From contig CAWIPH010000002.1 in NCBI GenBank assembly GCA_963837955.1, positions 3,296,001 to 3,360,000 on the forward strand: a stretch of DNA of 64,000 bases, written 5' to 3'. The number at the start of each line of letters is the position of its first letter. Within the stretch, counting starts at the first letter, position 1. This stretch comes from an uncultured Verrucomicrobiae bacterium. GTDB taxonomy: Bacteria > Verrucomicrobiota > Verrucomicrobiia > Chthoniobacterales > JAFAMB01. The translations under genes were made by a program, and so were the position numbers. Under the pieces are notes generated by a model. It was given only the letters and a program-made list of their open reading frames with translations, made no database searches and was not told the origin of the DNA. This document shows positions 1 to 9,319 of the stretch, piece after piece.

Positions 1-592
1 ATTGGGATGCCAGTGCGTCTGTTACTAGATGAACTCCGGCCAGCCACCCGGTGGCCATGGCCATGGTCGCCTCCTCTTTGCGGCTACCGGTCTTCAATTC
101 CTTACCCACTTCATCGGCGATTTTCTTGACGGTTTCCTTCACGGAGACCCAGTCTCCGGCCTTCGCCTGCTGTTCCGCTGTATCTGCGTATGATTTGATG
201 GTCCCAGCGACACTGAAAGACTTGGTCAGTTCAACTGCAGCGGAAGCGGCTTTCTGTAAAGCATCGTAGTCTTTCGCTTGGACCGCGATGAATGCAGCCG
301 CCAACCGGACACCCAGATTCGAGATTTTTGCGACGTTGGTTGGATAATCGGTTTTTTGGAAATTCGGGTCGTTAACCTCTTTCTCCACTACTGTCTTCCA
401 ATCGAAATTGGGGAATGCTTTATCGAGTTCATCGAAAAGGAGGTTCGGTGAAGGCACGTTACCGCTCTTTACAAATTGCTCCGCAGTGGTTCCTGACGGG
501 GTAGGGCTTTGTGCTTGAGTGGTACAGACAGACGCGATCAGGACCGAAGCACAGAGTCCGGGCCGCCAGAGTGAGTGAAGAATTTTCGCCAT
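1..592 (-). CDS. Hypothetical secreted protein (partial, runs off the window start)
   Basis: Manual translation from ATG at 592 gives MAKILHSLWRPGLCASVLIASVCTTQAQSPTPS..., a signal peptide followed by an open frame to position 1. Confidence 0.75.
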   Translation of the reverse strand, partial: MAKILHSLWRPGLCASVLIASVCTTQAQSPTPSGTTAEQFVKSGNVPSPNLLFDELDKAFPNFDWKTVVEKEVNDPNFQKTDYPTNVAKISNLGVRLAAAFIAVQAKDYDALQKAASAAVELTKSFSVAGTIKSYADTAEQQAKAGDWVSVKETVKKIADEVGKELKTGSRKEEATMAMATGWLAGVHLVTDALASQ

Positions 593-924
593 AAGTGCAC
601 GTATTAGTCGACTCTCAGCTATCAGATTGCTAAAAAAATGCGAGCACGAAGCAACTTCGAGGAAGACGTTCATCGCCAAAAAGTGCGCAATTCGCCGGAA
701 AAATTGCAGTTTCCTATGTTTTTCAGGTTGACAGGCCGGTCAAAAGCTTAGAGCCCATTCGCTTGATTATACGATGGGGGAAGCACGAGAACGAAAATCG
801 TGATACAAAGGAGGCCCCGGAACCTTAGCGCGGCGGTCCGTAGACAAGTACGCGCAAAACTCCGGTGACACGCGAATTTTTTAGTGTCCGGTGAGAGTGA
901 AATATTGGAGACACCGCGAGAAAG

Positions 925-1653
925 ATGTCGGATACGGATTACCCGTCCCAAACGAACGAAACAAAACCAGTCCACCTAGATTATCGCGTCGGCGCGGTAA
1001 GCAGGCAGCGGATGGTCGGTGTGGCAGTGGGCGTTGGTTTCTTTCTTGCTACAATAATTCCTTTGCTGGGAGCGGAATGGGTTCAGATCAATAGCAACCC
1101 GAACTTAACCGTCTATGCTAAAGATCGCCCGGGCAGCTCGATAAAAGAGATCCGAGCGGTCGGAATTGTCGATGCGCCGAGTTGGGTAGTTCGAAACCTC
1201 CTGGAGGAAGTTGCAGATTACCCCGAATTCATGCCTTATACATCGAAGACCCAGCTGATCGAACGGAGACCGAACGGGGCCATCGTCTATTTTCGTTGGG
1301 ACCCGCCGATCATCGGAGCACGGGACGTGACAGTAGCCATAACCGAAAACTCCGCTAAACATGCGGACGGGAACTCTAGTTATCGACTGCGATGGGAGCC
1401 GATCACTTCTCTCGGCCCGGCGCCAGCTCCTGGCGTGATCCGAATTACCCTCGACGAAGGTTCATGGAACCTCGAACCGACCGACGATGGAAAGAGGACT
1501 ACCATCACTTACGATCTAATTACCGACGGAGGTGGTGGCTTGCCAGCGTTTGCCATCAATTTAGCGAACCGGCAGAGCGTCAGCGACCTCTTTCAAGGGA
1601 TTCGAAAACAAGTGACATCGCCAAAATACTCTCAGCGAAGTTCATCGCAGTGA
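925..1653 (+). CDS. START/SRPBCC-family lipid-binding protein, probably exported (start may be 1009)
   Basis: Hydrophobic N-terminal segment; EIRAVGIVDA, YPEFMPY, PPIIGARD, GSWNLEP and GGGLPAFAIN are typical of START domains. Confidence 0.75.
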   Translation: MSDTDYPSQTNETKPVHLDYRVGAVSRQRMVGVAVGVGFFLATIIPLLGAEWVQINSNPNLTVYAKDRPGSSIKEIRAVGIVDAPSWVVRNLLEEVADYPEFMPYTSKTQLIERRPNGAIVYFRWDPPIIGARDVTVAITENSAKHADGNSSYRLRWEPITSLGPAPAPGVIRITLDEGSWNLEPTDDGKRTTITYDLITDGGGGLPAFAINLANRQSVSDLFQGIRKQVTSPKYSQRSSSQ

Positions 1654-1715
1654 ACGCGCGTGGCCTTGAAACGCCGCCAAACGACAGATCTGGTCGCGGC
1701 GCCAGTTCTCCAAGA

Positions 1716-3245
1716 CTACTCTGAGCGATCCAGCGCAGCCAGACGATCCAAAAGATCGTCGTAACTCTTCGCGTCGCGGATCGTGGCGTTTAACCGCTCG
1801 ACCCCTTCTTCCCGAGAAGCGTGATTAAAAGATACCCGGTACTGGTAAGCATCCTGGCCAAAAACCACTTCATCCCAGTGGATGGATTGAATTTGCGGAT
1901 TAAATCGAGCAACGGCTCGACCTCGAAAATAAGCGCGAGTCGTTTCCGGCGGGTTGAACACCGCATTCTTAATTTCGTCCTCAGACAAAATCCTCCGCAT
2001 CTGATTCTGTCGGACTAACTCAGCATGTAGCCCCTGCTCCCACGAGATATTGTGGTACTCGAGATCGATCGATTGCAGCCACGGATCGCTCCAGTCCAGA
2101 CGTTCGCTCTCTTGAAACGTGTTCAGTAGAAATTTTTTGGCGACCCAGTCGATGCGGTCGACGCAATTCATTACCTCCACATCGAGATCGTTAAGAATCT
2201 TTTCCCATTCCGTCAGAACCCACTCAGTGTCTGGATTGGAGCGATCACAGAATTTCAGCGCCTTCCCCAGATACATTCGTTGAACATCGATCGCGGAGAT
2301 TTTGCGACCGTCCTTCAACTCAATGATCCAATCGAAAGTCTGATCGCGGCTAATCGACTTGGTGGCATCGATTGGCTGCGCGATTTCTAGCTGCGGTGCT
2401 TCCCGCTTCTCGATGAGCTCCAGGACTAGCGACATTGTTCCGATCTTCATCGCCGTCGCAAATTCGCTCATATTGGAGTCCCCCAAAATCACGTGGAACC
2501 GTCGATACTTCCCAGGGTCCGCGTGCGGCTCATCCCGAGTATTAACGATTGGCCGGCGGTTCATCGTATCGATGCTGACGAGCACACTAAAGAAATCCGC
2601 ACGCTGGGAGATTTGGAAAATACCAGGCTGTCCGACGGATCCTTCGCCCTCAATACCGAGCTTCCCGGCTCCAGCAAAAATTTGTCGCGTCACCAAAAAC
2701 GGAACGACTTCCGCCACCAACCGATCCCAGGGGACCGTGCGACTCATGAGATAGTTATCGTGACATCCGTAGCTGTGTCCGACGAAATCAGTGTTGTTCT
2801 TGTAGAGCCGCACTTCCCGTTCAGGAGCTATTTTCCGATTACGGCGACGGACGCACTCCGCCAGAATCCTCTCACCAGCTTTGTCTTGGGCAACCAATTC
2901 GCGCAGCCGGGTGCACTCCGGCGTGGAATACTCCGGATGAGCGTGATCGTTATAAAACCGGGCGCCGTTACTGAGCACCAAGTCACTCTTAATTTCTTCG
3001 TAGCTTAGCGGACGATTCTTATCGAGCTCGTAGTAAGCAGATTCGTCGGTGTCCTGTAAAAGAGTTTGGGCTCGAAAACCGCGAGCATCGAGGTGTGGGT
3101 CTTCCAGCTCATAATCCCACTTCATGAGCGCTCCATGCTCAGTGTAGCAGCGAACCAGTTCAATCGATTCGGCGACCACGTCCACGTTATCGACTCCGTT
3201 TACGGTAATGCCGTACTCGGTCTCGATCCCAAAAACGCGTTTCAT
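1716..3245 (-). CDS. dop: Pup deamidase/depupylase Dop (PafA2 family)
   Basis: GIETEYGI, Dop loop WDYELEDPHLDARGF, NGARFYNDHAHPEYSTPEC, KNNTD..GHSYGCHDNY, RPIVNTRDEPHAD, RRFHVILGDSN, DLEYH, PPETTRAYFRG. Confidence 0.9.
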   Translation of the reverse strand: MKRVFGIETEYGITVNGVDNVDVVAESIELVRCYTEHGALMKWDYELEDPHLDARGFRAQTLLQDTDESAYYELDKNRPLSYEEIKSDLVLSNGARFYNDHAHPEYSTPECTRLRELVAQDKAGERILAECVRRRNRKIAPEREVRLYKNNTDFVGHSYGCHDNYLMSRTVPWDRLVAEVVPFLVTRQIFAGAGKLGIEGEGSVGQPGIFQISQRADFFSVLVSIDTMNRRPIVNTRDEPHADPGKYRRFHVILGDSNMSEFATAMKIGTMSLVLELIEKREAPQLEIAQPIDATKSISRDQTFDWIIELKDGRKISAIDVQRMYLGKALKFCDRSNPDTEWVLTEWEKILNDLDVEVMNCVDRIDWVAKKFLLNTFQESERLDWSDPWLQSIDLEYHNISWEQGLHAELVRQNQMRRILSEDEIKNAVFNPPETTRAYFRGRAVARFNPQIQSIHWDEVVFGQDAYQYRVSFNHASREEGVERLNATIRDAKSYDDLLDRLAALDRSE

Positions 3246-3267
3246 CAGCAGAGAGACGATGCAAACA

Positions 3268-4941
3268 TCAGATGACTCCAGAGGGTGCGGAGGATCTTGG
3301 TCCAGGACGAACCGGCTGGACTTTCACCACATTCTCCGAATCGTAATCGATCAGTTTGAGCCAATCTTCTACAATATCGGTCGGCGGAAAGATGTCATTC
3401 TCCGCGTACTCCATGTTCAGCGAAAGCAGCAAATCCGATTCGCTGATCCCCTCCTCCTGCATCGTATTAATCGCTCGCTTGATCGCCAATTCCTTTGCTC
3501 GCTCCACGATAGACGCAATGATAGCGCCGCTCACAAGGTCTCCGCGATAGAGGGTTTCGCGTTTTCCACTGCGAAGCGTGATTTCCAGGACACGATTCTC
3601 TTCCTTTCGGGAAAACTGGGCCTCTACCACCTTAGAAACAAGCTGTTCAACCGCTTGGTCGGCTCCTCCCGTCCGACGAACCAGTTCAGGGTCGAAAGGC
3701 AAATCCGGCGCGAGATAGATGCGATAAATCTCCGGGGCATCATCTCGGTTAGGCCGATTCACTTTAATCTTCCGGTCGATTCGGCCAGGCCGAAGAATCG
3801 CGGGGTCAATCAAATCGGCTCGGTTGGAAGCCAGAATAATGACAACTTGGTTTAAGGATTCGATCCCGTCCATCTCCGTGCAAAACATCGGAACCAGCGT
3901 TGACAGAATGTTTGAATAACGACCGGCTCGCCGCGTGCCCAAGATGCTCTCGGCTTCGTCGATGAAGATAAATGGGAGAAATCCTTCCTTTCGTTTCTCG
4001 CGAGCAGTCGCAAAAATCTCGCGAACAGTTCGCTCCGATTCACCAACCCACATGTTAAGGATTTCCGGGCCCTTAATATGCATAAAGAATTGCAGCATAT
4101 CTTCCCCGGTCTTCTGCTTCAGCTGCCGGGTCAGATTGTAAGCTGTGGCCTTGCCCAACAGCGTCTTTCCACAACCGGGCGGGCCATAAAGCAAAAATCC
4201 TTTCGGCGTCTGGTGCTGAAACTTCGAAAAGAGGTCGGCATGAAGCAGAGGTAGTTCGATCGCGTCTTTAATCGCGCTGAGCGCTTCGGCCTGGCCACCC
4301 ACTTTATCCCAAGAAATTTCCGGAACAGCCTCCAAATAATAGTCTTGCGTATTGGATTGACTCAGCAGTTCGATGGCAATCCGATAACTGGCATCGACTC
4401 GGATTTCGTCGCCCACCTTCAACGCCTCCTTCAGAAGATCCTGTGAGCGCTGCAGAACGATAGATTGTACGCCGTGCTCCTGGCCAACCCGCAACCGATC
4501 CTGACCAAGGATTTCTGTAATCTTGGTGACAGGGCCAGCTGGATCATAGCCGAGGTCGCCGACGACGACATACGCCTCATTCACCAGAACCCGAGTCCCT
4601 TTCTTTAGTTTCGCGATACTGATTCGAGGATCGACGTTACAGTAATAATCCGAACCACCCACGACAATCTGGGCGGTCTCCTTGTTCGGACTACCCAGAT
4701 AAGTTCCAATGCGATTTGCCGGAGAGGTGACCTTCTTGATTACTTCGTCCAGCTTCTCGATCGTTTGCCGAGCCTCTGATATCATTTCCTCCTGTTCGGC
4801 AACATTCGAGCGCAGCGCTATCAATTCGCTGCGGGTTGGATCGCCAGGTGGCAGACTTGCGATGATTCGTTCTAGGAATTCAAGAGGAGTTGCGGGCTCG
4901 GCACCATAACCCCCATGCTCGGGTGCTCTTTCTTCGTTCAT
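3268..4941 (-). CDS. arc: Proteasome-associated AAA+ ATPase ARC/Mpa
   Basis: N-terminal coiled coil, OB-like interdomain, Walker A GPPGCGKT, IKGPEILNMWVGE, Walker B FIDEAE, SNRADLIDPAILRPGRID; adjacent to dop. Confidence 0.9.
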   Translation of the reverse strand: MNEERAPEHGGYGAEPATPLEFLERIIASLPPGDPTRSELIALRSNVAEQEEMISEARQTIEKLDEVIKKVTSPANRIGTYLGSPNKETAQIVVGGSDYYCNVDPRISIAKLKKGTRVLVNEAYVVVGDLGYDPAGPVTKITEILGQDRLRVGQEHGVQSIVLQRSQDLLKEALKVGDEIRVDASYRIAIELLSQSNTQDYYLEAVPEISWDKVGGQAEALSAIKDAIELPLLHADLFSKFQHQTPKGFLLYGPPGCGKTLLGKATAYNLTRQLKQKTGEDMLQFFMHIKGPEILNMWVGESERTVREIFATAREKRKEGFLPFIFIDEAESILGTRRAGRYSNILSTLVPMFCTEMDGIESLNQVVIILASNRADLIDPAILRPGRIDRKIKVNRPNRDDAPEIYRIYLAPDLPFDPELVRRTGGADQAVEQLVSKVVEAQFSRKEENRVLEITLRSGKRETLYRGDLVSGAIIASIVERAKELAIKRAINTMQEEGISESDLLLSLNMEYAENDIFPPTDIVEDWLKLIDYDSENVVKVQPVRPGPRSSAPSGVI

Positions 4942-4969
4942 TTGTACTTCTTAATCACTCCGCTCTCCA

Positions 4970-4998
4970 ACTATAGTCGGGTCAGCCATCAGTGGCAA
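4970..4998 (-). promoter_or_regulatory. sigma70-type promoter of arc-dop
   Basis: Minus strand TTGCCA-N17-TATAGT about 30 nt upstream of the arc ATG. Confidence 0.6.
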
Positions 4999-5254
4999 TC
5001 CGGTAGTCATTTCACGTTAGCCTGTTCTTTACCGGATCATGGCGGACACTGCAAATCTGGCTCGTCAGCGGCGTTTTGAAAGACCTTGTACAGCTGGTCC
5101 CGGGCCAGCTGGAATCTTTTTTTGGAAAAAATTGGGTCGAGGCGTTTTGCCGCCGCGAACAAGCGCCTACTCGGTTTCCGCGCCACCATTTAGTTCGTTT
5201 TTGGCGTCGTAAGTGGGGGTTCCACTTCGAATTGCCGGTTGCACGTCAACACCA

Positions 5255-5873
5255 ACCGACGCTGGAATAGCGCCCACGATCGGTAGGCGAACGCTCTTGC
5301 GTGAGCCGCTCAGGGGGTCCCGGCTCAAATAAATTTTCGCCCCTACCGGCGCTGGATCAACGCCCATGATTGGTAGGGCGAACGCTCTTGCGTGAGCCGC
5401 TCAGGGGGTCCCGGCTCAAATAAATTTTCGCCCCTACCGGCGCTGGATCAACGCCCATGATTGGTAGGGCGAACGCTTTTGCGTGAGCCGCTCAGGGGGT
5501 CCCGGCTCAAATAAATTTTCGCCCTACCGACGCTGGATCAACGCCCACGATTGGTAGGGCGAACGCTTTTGCGTGAGCCGCTCAGGGGATTCCCGGCTCA
5601 AATAAATTTTCGCCCTACCGGCGCTGGATCAACGCCCACGATTGGTAGGGCGAACGCTTTTGCGTGAGCCGCTCAGGGGGTCCCGGCTCAAATAAATTTT
5701 CGCCCTACCGGGGCTGGATCAACGCCCATGATTGGTAGAGCGAACGCTTTTGCGTGAGCCGATCGGGGATTCCCGGCTCAAATAAATTTTCGCCCTACCG
5801 ACGCTGAACCAACGCCCACGATTGGTAGGGCGAACGCTTTTGCGTGAGCCGCTCAGGGGGTTCCCGGCTCAAA
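5255..5873. repeat. Tandem array of seven ~90-bp REP-doublet (BIME/REPIN-like) units
   Basis: GGTAG unit starts at 5282, 5372, 5463, 5553, 5644, 5734, 5824; unit GGTAGGGCGAA..TGAGCCG..CGGCTCA..TTCGCCCTACC plus a linker hairpin; last unit truncated. Confidence 0.9.
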
Positions 5874-6094
5874 ATGCAGTATGATGTTACCCTGCGAGTT
5901 CTAACCGTCACCTCCAGGCGTTCGGACCTGAAAAAGGTTACGTTTCTCCCCAGCTCTTCGACGAATCCGGAACGGAAGAAAATTGCTTGCTAATGGCCTG
6001 CTTAGCGCTCAGAAATCACACCGGTTCTTTGCGAATTTAGCCTCCGAGAGCGCTGCACCGAGCGATAGCTGCCGGTGTACCGATCTTGGAAAAG

Positions 6095-6245
6095 CGCGCG
6101 TCGAAATGAGGAACCCCGTGAGAATCGGGGACAGTTGCGCTGCTGTATCTGGATACAAGTTTTCGGATGCCAGTCTCTTTGGTTTAGAGGCGAAGGCGAA
6201 AACAAGGTTTGAAGCCAGGAGTCAGAATATTTGTTCGACGTGGCC
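6095..6245 (+). promoter_or_regulatory. Cobalamin riboswitch
   Basis: GAGGAACCCCGTGAGAATCGGGGACAGTTGCGCTGCTGTA..GCCAGT..GAAGGC..AGTCAGAATA B12-box-like core, closed by CGTCGAA/TTCGACG, directly upstream of a BtuB-like gene. Confidence 0.8.
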
Positions 6246-6359
6246 CTCATTCGCACGCCCAGAGTAGGGCGTTGCGGAAAAACTTCTTCGCAAAAAAAGA
6301 AGAATGAGAGAGGCCGTCAGACGACAGGTCGCTCTCCCTAAGATCTACAATGACCTGTT

Positions 6360-8228
6360 ATGACCAAACGCTTCGTTCTGTGCTGTGCAGTTTGCATGGC
6401 GACGTTTCCCTTAACTACATTCGCTCAAACCCCCTCGCCAAGTCCGGCGCAGGAAATGCAACCGATCACGGTGACCGCGACTCGCCTCGAAACTCCCGAG
6501 GATCGCTCGCCCTCCGCGATTAGCGTGATATCGGATTCAGACATCGAGCTGCATCAGTATCGATTTGCCTCCGACGCTCTCCAGTCTGTACCTGGAGTAA
6601 ACGTCGTTCAGACCGGAGTTCCGGGCCAATTAACTTCCGTCTTTATTCGAGGTACCCGTAGCGACCAGACTCAAGTTTTGTTGGATGGGATTCCTTTCAA
6701 TCAAGGACTCTCTGGAGCATTCAATTTCGCGGATTTTACCAATGACAATATCAGCAGAATCGAGGTGATTCGGGGACCGCAAAGCGCGCTTTACGGTTCA
6801 CAAGCTTCCGGCGGCGTGATTAATCTCATCACCCGCCGCGGTGAAGGGCAGCCGACCGGGTCGACATATTTCGAGGCTGGGTCGTACGATTCGTTCCGCG
6901 AAGCAGGCGGTGCCAGCGGTCAGTTTGGTCCGATCGATTTCTCATTCGGGATCAGTCGATATGACACGGAAAACTCGCGACAAAACAACGGGTATCGTTC
7001 GCTATCGTTATTGGGCGACATCGGCTTTTCTCCGGTTAAGGCTTTGCGGATCGGGCTCGTCTATTATTACAATTACGCAGACGTTGGATTGCCAAATACA
7101 ATTTTCAATCCCCAGCCATACGATAACTTTCGCACCGAGCGCGTGCTCTTGGCTCCGACGCTGGAGTTCACACCCACGGATTGGTGGAGGAACAAAGTCT
7201 ATTTCGCTTACGACCAAGAGCGCCAGATTAACAATCCTAACCGGCTCGACCCATTCACTGGCCCAACTCGCGGGATGTTCCGGCGATTTCAATTCGAATA
7301 TCAGACCGACATTACGCCGGTGACTTGGCTGACGCTCACCGCCGGAACCTATTACAACCACACCGACGTCTATCAGGAGCGGCCCGAAACGCTGCTCGGC
7401 AATCCTCTGATCCGTGATAAAACGGAAAACGTTGCCGGCTTTGGCCAGCTTAAGCTGACTCCATTAAAGGACCTCGACCTGTACGGCGGCATCCGCTACG
7501 ACCATTTTAGCAGTTTCGCCGGACGCTTCACCTATCGGCTAGCGGCCAATTATCTCGTTCCGTGCACCGGAACGATCTTGCGGTCCAGCTATGGTACTGG
7601 ATTTACGCCACCCAGCAGTCAGGATAAAATCTTTGGCGGAAATCCGCACCTCTTTGCTGATCGCGACAAGGGATTTGATATTGGCTTCGAGCAACCGCTG
7701 GCCAACGACCGGCTGAGAATTGGCGCCAATTTTTTCTACAGCACTTCTTCGAATACGGTCGGTTTTAACAACAATTTCCAAGCTTTCAATTTAGGCAAAG
7801 ATCGGATTCAGGGCGTCGAGCTGTTTGCGGTCGTGCATCCGCTCCCCAATCTGACTTTAGCAGCGAGCTATACTTACCTCGACGCCATTACCACCTCGGG
7901 TGCCGACATCAGCCAACCTGCTGGTTCTCGCTTACCTCGACGACCCAGGAACCAATTTTACGGCTCGATATCTTACGAATGGTGTCATCGCCTCGACACC
8001 ACGTTAGAGCTCGTGACGGTTAACGCTCGCCAAGATGAAAACTTCGGTGCCCCCAATGTCAACTTGGAAGACTACACAGTGCTACGCTTCGCGTGTGAGT
8101 TTCGAGTGACAGATTATTTCAGTCTGACTGGGCGTATTGAAAACCTAACCGACGAAAAATATGCGGAAGTTTTTGGTTTTCCGGCGCTTGGACGGACTTT
8201 TTACGGCGGATTGCGATTGCATTTTTGA
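6360..8228 (+). CDS. btuB: TonB-dependent receptor, BtuB-like
   Basis: Signal peptide, TonB box ITVTATR, plug motifs VFIRG/VLLDG/RIEVIRGPQSALYGS..GGVINLIT, C-terminal GRTFYGGLRLHF; upstream B12 riboswitch. Confidence 0.8.
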   Translation: MTKRFVLCCAVCMATFPLTTFAQTPSPSPAQEMQPITVTATRLETPEDRSPSAISVISDSDIELHQYRFASDALQSVPGVNVVQTGVPGQLTSVFIRGTRSDQTQVLLDGIPFNQGLSGAFNFADFTNDNISRIEVIRGPQSALYGSQASGGVINLITRRGEGQPTGSTYFEAGSYDSFREAGGASGQFGPIDFSFGISRYDTENSRQNNGYRSLSLLGDIGFSPVKALRIGLVYYYNYADVGLPNTIFNPQPYDNFRTERVLLAPTLEFTPTDWWRNKVYFAYDQERQINNPNRLDPFTGPTRGMFRRFQFEYQTDITPVTWLTLTAGTYYNHTDVYQERPETLLGNPLIRDKTENVAGFGQLKLTPLKDLDLYGGIRYDHFSSFAGRFTYRLAANYLVPCTGTILRSSYGTGFTPPSSQDKIFGGNPHLFADRDKGFDIGFEQPLANDRLRIGANFFYSTSSNTVGFNNNFQAFNLGKDRIQGVELFAVVHPLPNLTLAASYTYLDAITTSGADISQPAGSRLPRRPRNQFYGSISYEWCHRLDTTLELVTVNARQDENFGAPNVNLEDYTVLRFACEFRVTDYFSLTGRIENLTDEKYAEVFGFPALGRTFYGGLRLHF

Positions 8229-8286
8229 AGGAAGATCGATTCCGAAATCCTTGCATGCCCAAGAGGAATGCTGATATTCGTTCCTG

Positions 8287-9309
8287 ATGCTGAACACCCT
8301 CAAGGAACCTCAGAGGGATGCCCTCCAATCTGGGTTCCAGGAACAGTATGTGAAGGCATTCAAGTGGATGCTTCTCGCAAGAACGGTCGAAGAAAAAGTC
8401 GCGAATCTGTGGCGCGCCGGCAAGATAGCTGGCGGAGTCTACATCGGAAAGGGTCAAGAAGCGGTAAGCGTTGCGATCGGTACGACGTTGAAACGCGGTG
8501 ATATCTTCGCGCCACTTATTCGTGATCAAGCCGGCCGTTTGGCTTTTGGAGAGCCGGTACTGGATATCCTGAGAACTTACCTAGGAGTCAAAACGGCTCC
8601 GACCCGCGGACGTGACGGTAACGTTCATCGCGGCCGTCCGAAAGAAGGCACTTACCCGATGATCAGTCATTTAGGTGCGATGATTTCCGTGGTCGCAGGA
8701 TCTTTGCTCGCTCGTCGGATGAAAGGCATCACCGGAACTGTGGGAGCGACTTCCATCGGAGATGGCGGTACTTCCACGGGCGCGTTCCACGAGGGAATAA
8801 ATTTTGCCGCCGTCGAGAAACTGCCCCTGGTCCTGGTCGTGACAAATAACCAATACGCGTATTCCACACCAAACAGCAGGCAATTCGCTTGTCATGATCT
8901 GGTCGACAAGGCCATTGGCTATGGAATTGAAGGCTATGCGATGGATGGCACCGACCTACGACAATGTCTTGAGGTCGTCGGTCACGCTGTAGATCGCGCC
9001 CGAAGCGGGGCCGGCCCGCAATTGGTAGTAGCAGCTTGCCTGCGCCTTACTGGTCACGCGGAACATGATGACGCATCCTACATGGACGAACACCTTTTCA
9101 AGGAGCCATTAGGCCGCGATTGCCTCGAGGTGACCGAATCTTTTCTCCTAGAACAGCAATGGGCCGACGAAAGTACCTTGACGAGTTGGAGGCGGGAGGC
9201 GAAAGCGGAAGTCGAAGCTGCAACCCAACAGGTTCAACGCGAGCCGGCTTGTTCCCCCGCAGACGAGGATTGGATGCCTCTTGCAACCCGAAGGCTGGCC
9301 GATTTTTGA
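8287..9309 (+). CDS. TPP-dependent 2-oxoacid dehydrogenase E1 alpha subunit
   Basis: GQEA, TPP motif GDGGTSTGAFHEGINFA..NNQYAYST, RLTGHAEHD. Confidence 0.9.
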   Translation: MLNTLKEPQRDALQSGFQEQYVKAFKWMLLARTVEEKVANLWRAGKIAGGVYIGKGQEAVSVAIGTTLKRGDIFAPLIRDQAGRLAFGEPVLDILRTYLGVKTAPTRGRDGNVHRGRPKEGTYPMISHLGAMISVVAGSLLARRMKGITGTVGATSIGDGGTSTGAFHEGINFAAVEKLPLVLVVTNNQYAYSTPNSRQFACHDLVDKAIGYGIEGYAMDGTDLRQCLEVVGHAVDRARSGAGPQLVVAACLRLTGHAEHDDASYMDEHLFKEPLGRDCLEVTESFLLEQQWADESTLTSWRREAKAEVEAATQQVQREPACSPADEDWMPLATRRLADF

Positions 9310-9319
9310 TTTCTAGCGA

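Noticed and set aside
5167..5367. 66-aa ORF upstream of arc as a Pup/UBact candidate
   Set aside because: It starts inside the repeat array and ends GGAETE, not GGE/GGQ or RxG(E/Q)
5255..5873. CRISPR array
   Set aside because: Whole ~90-bp units are near-identical, with no unique spacers and no cas genes in the window
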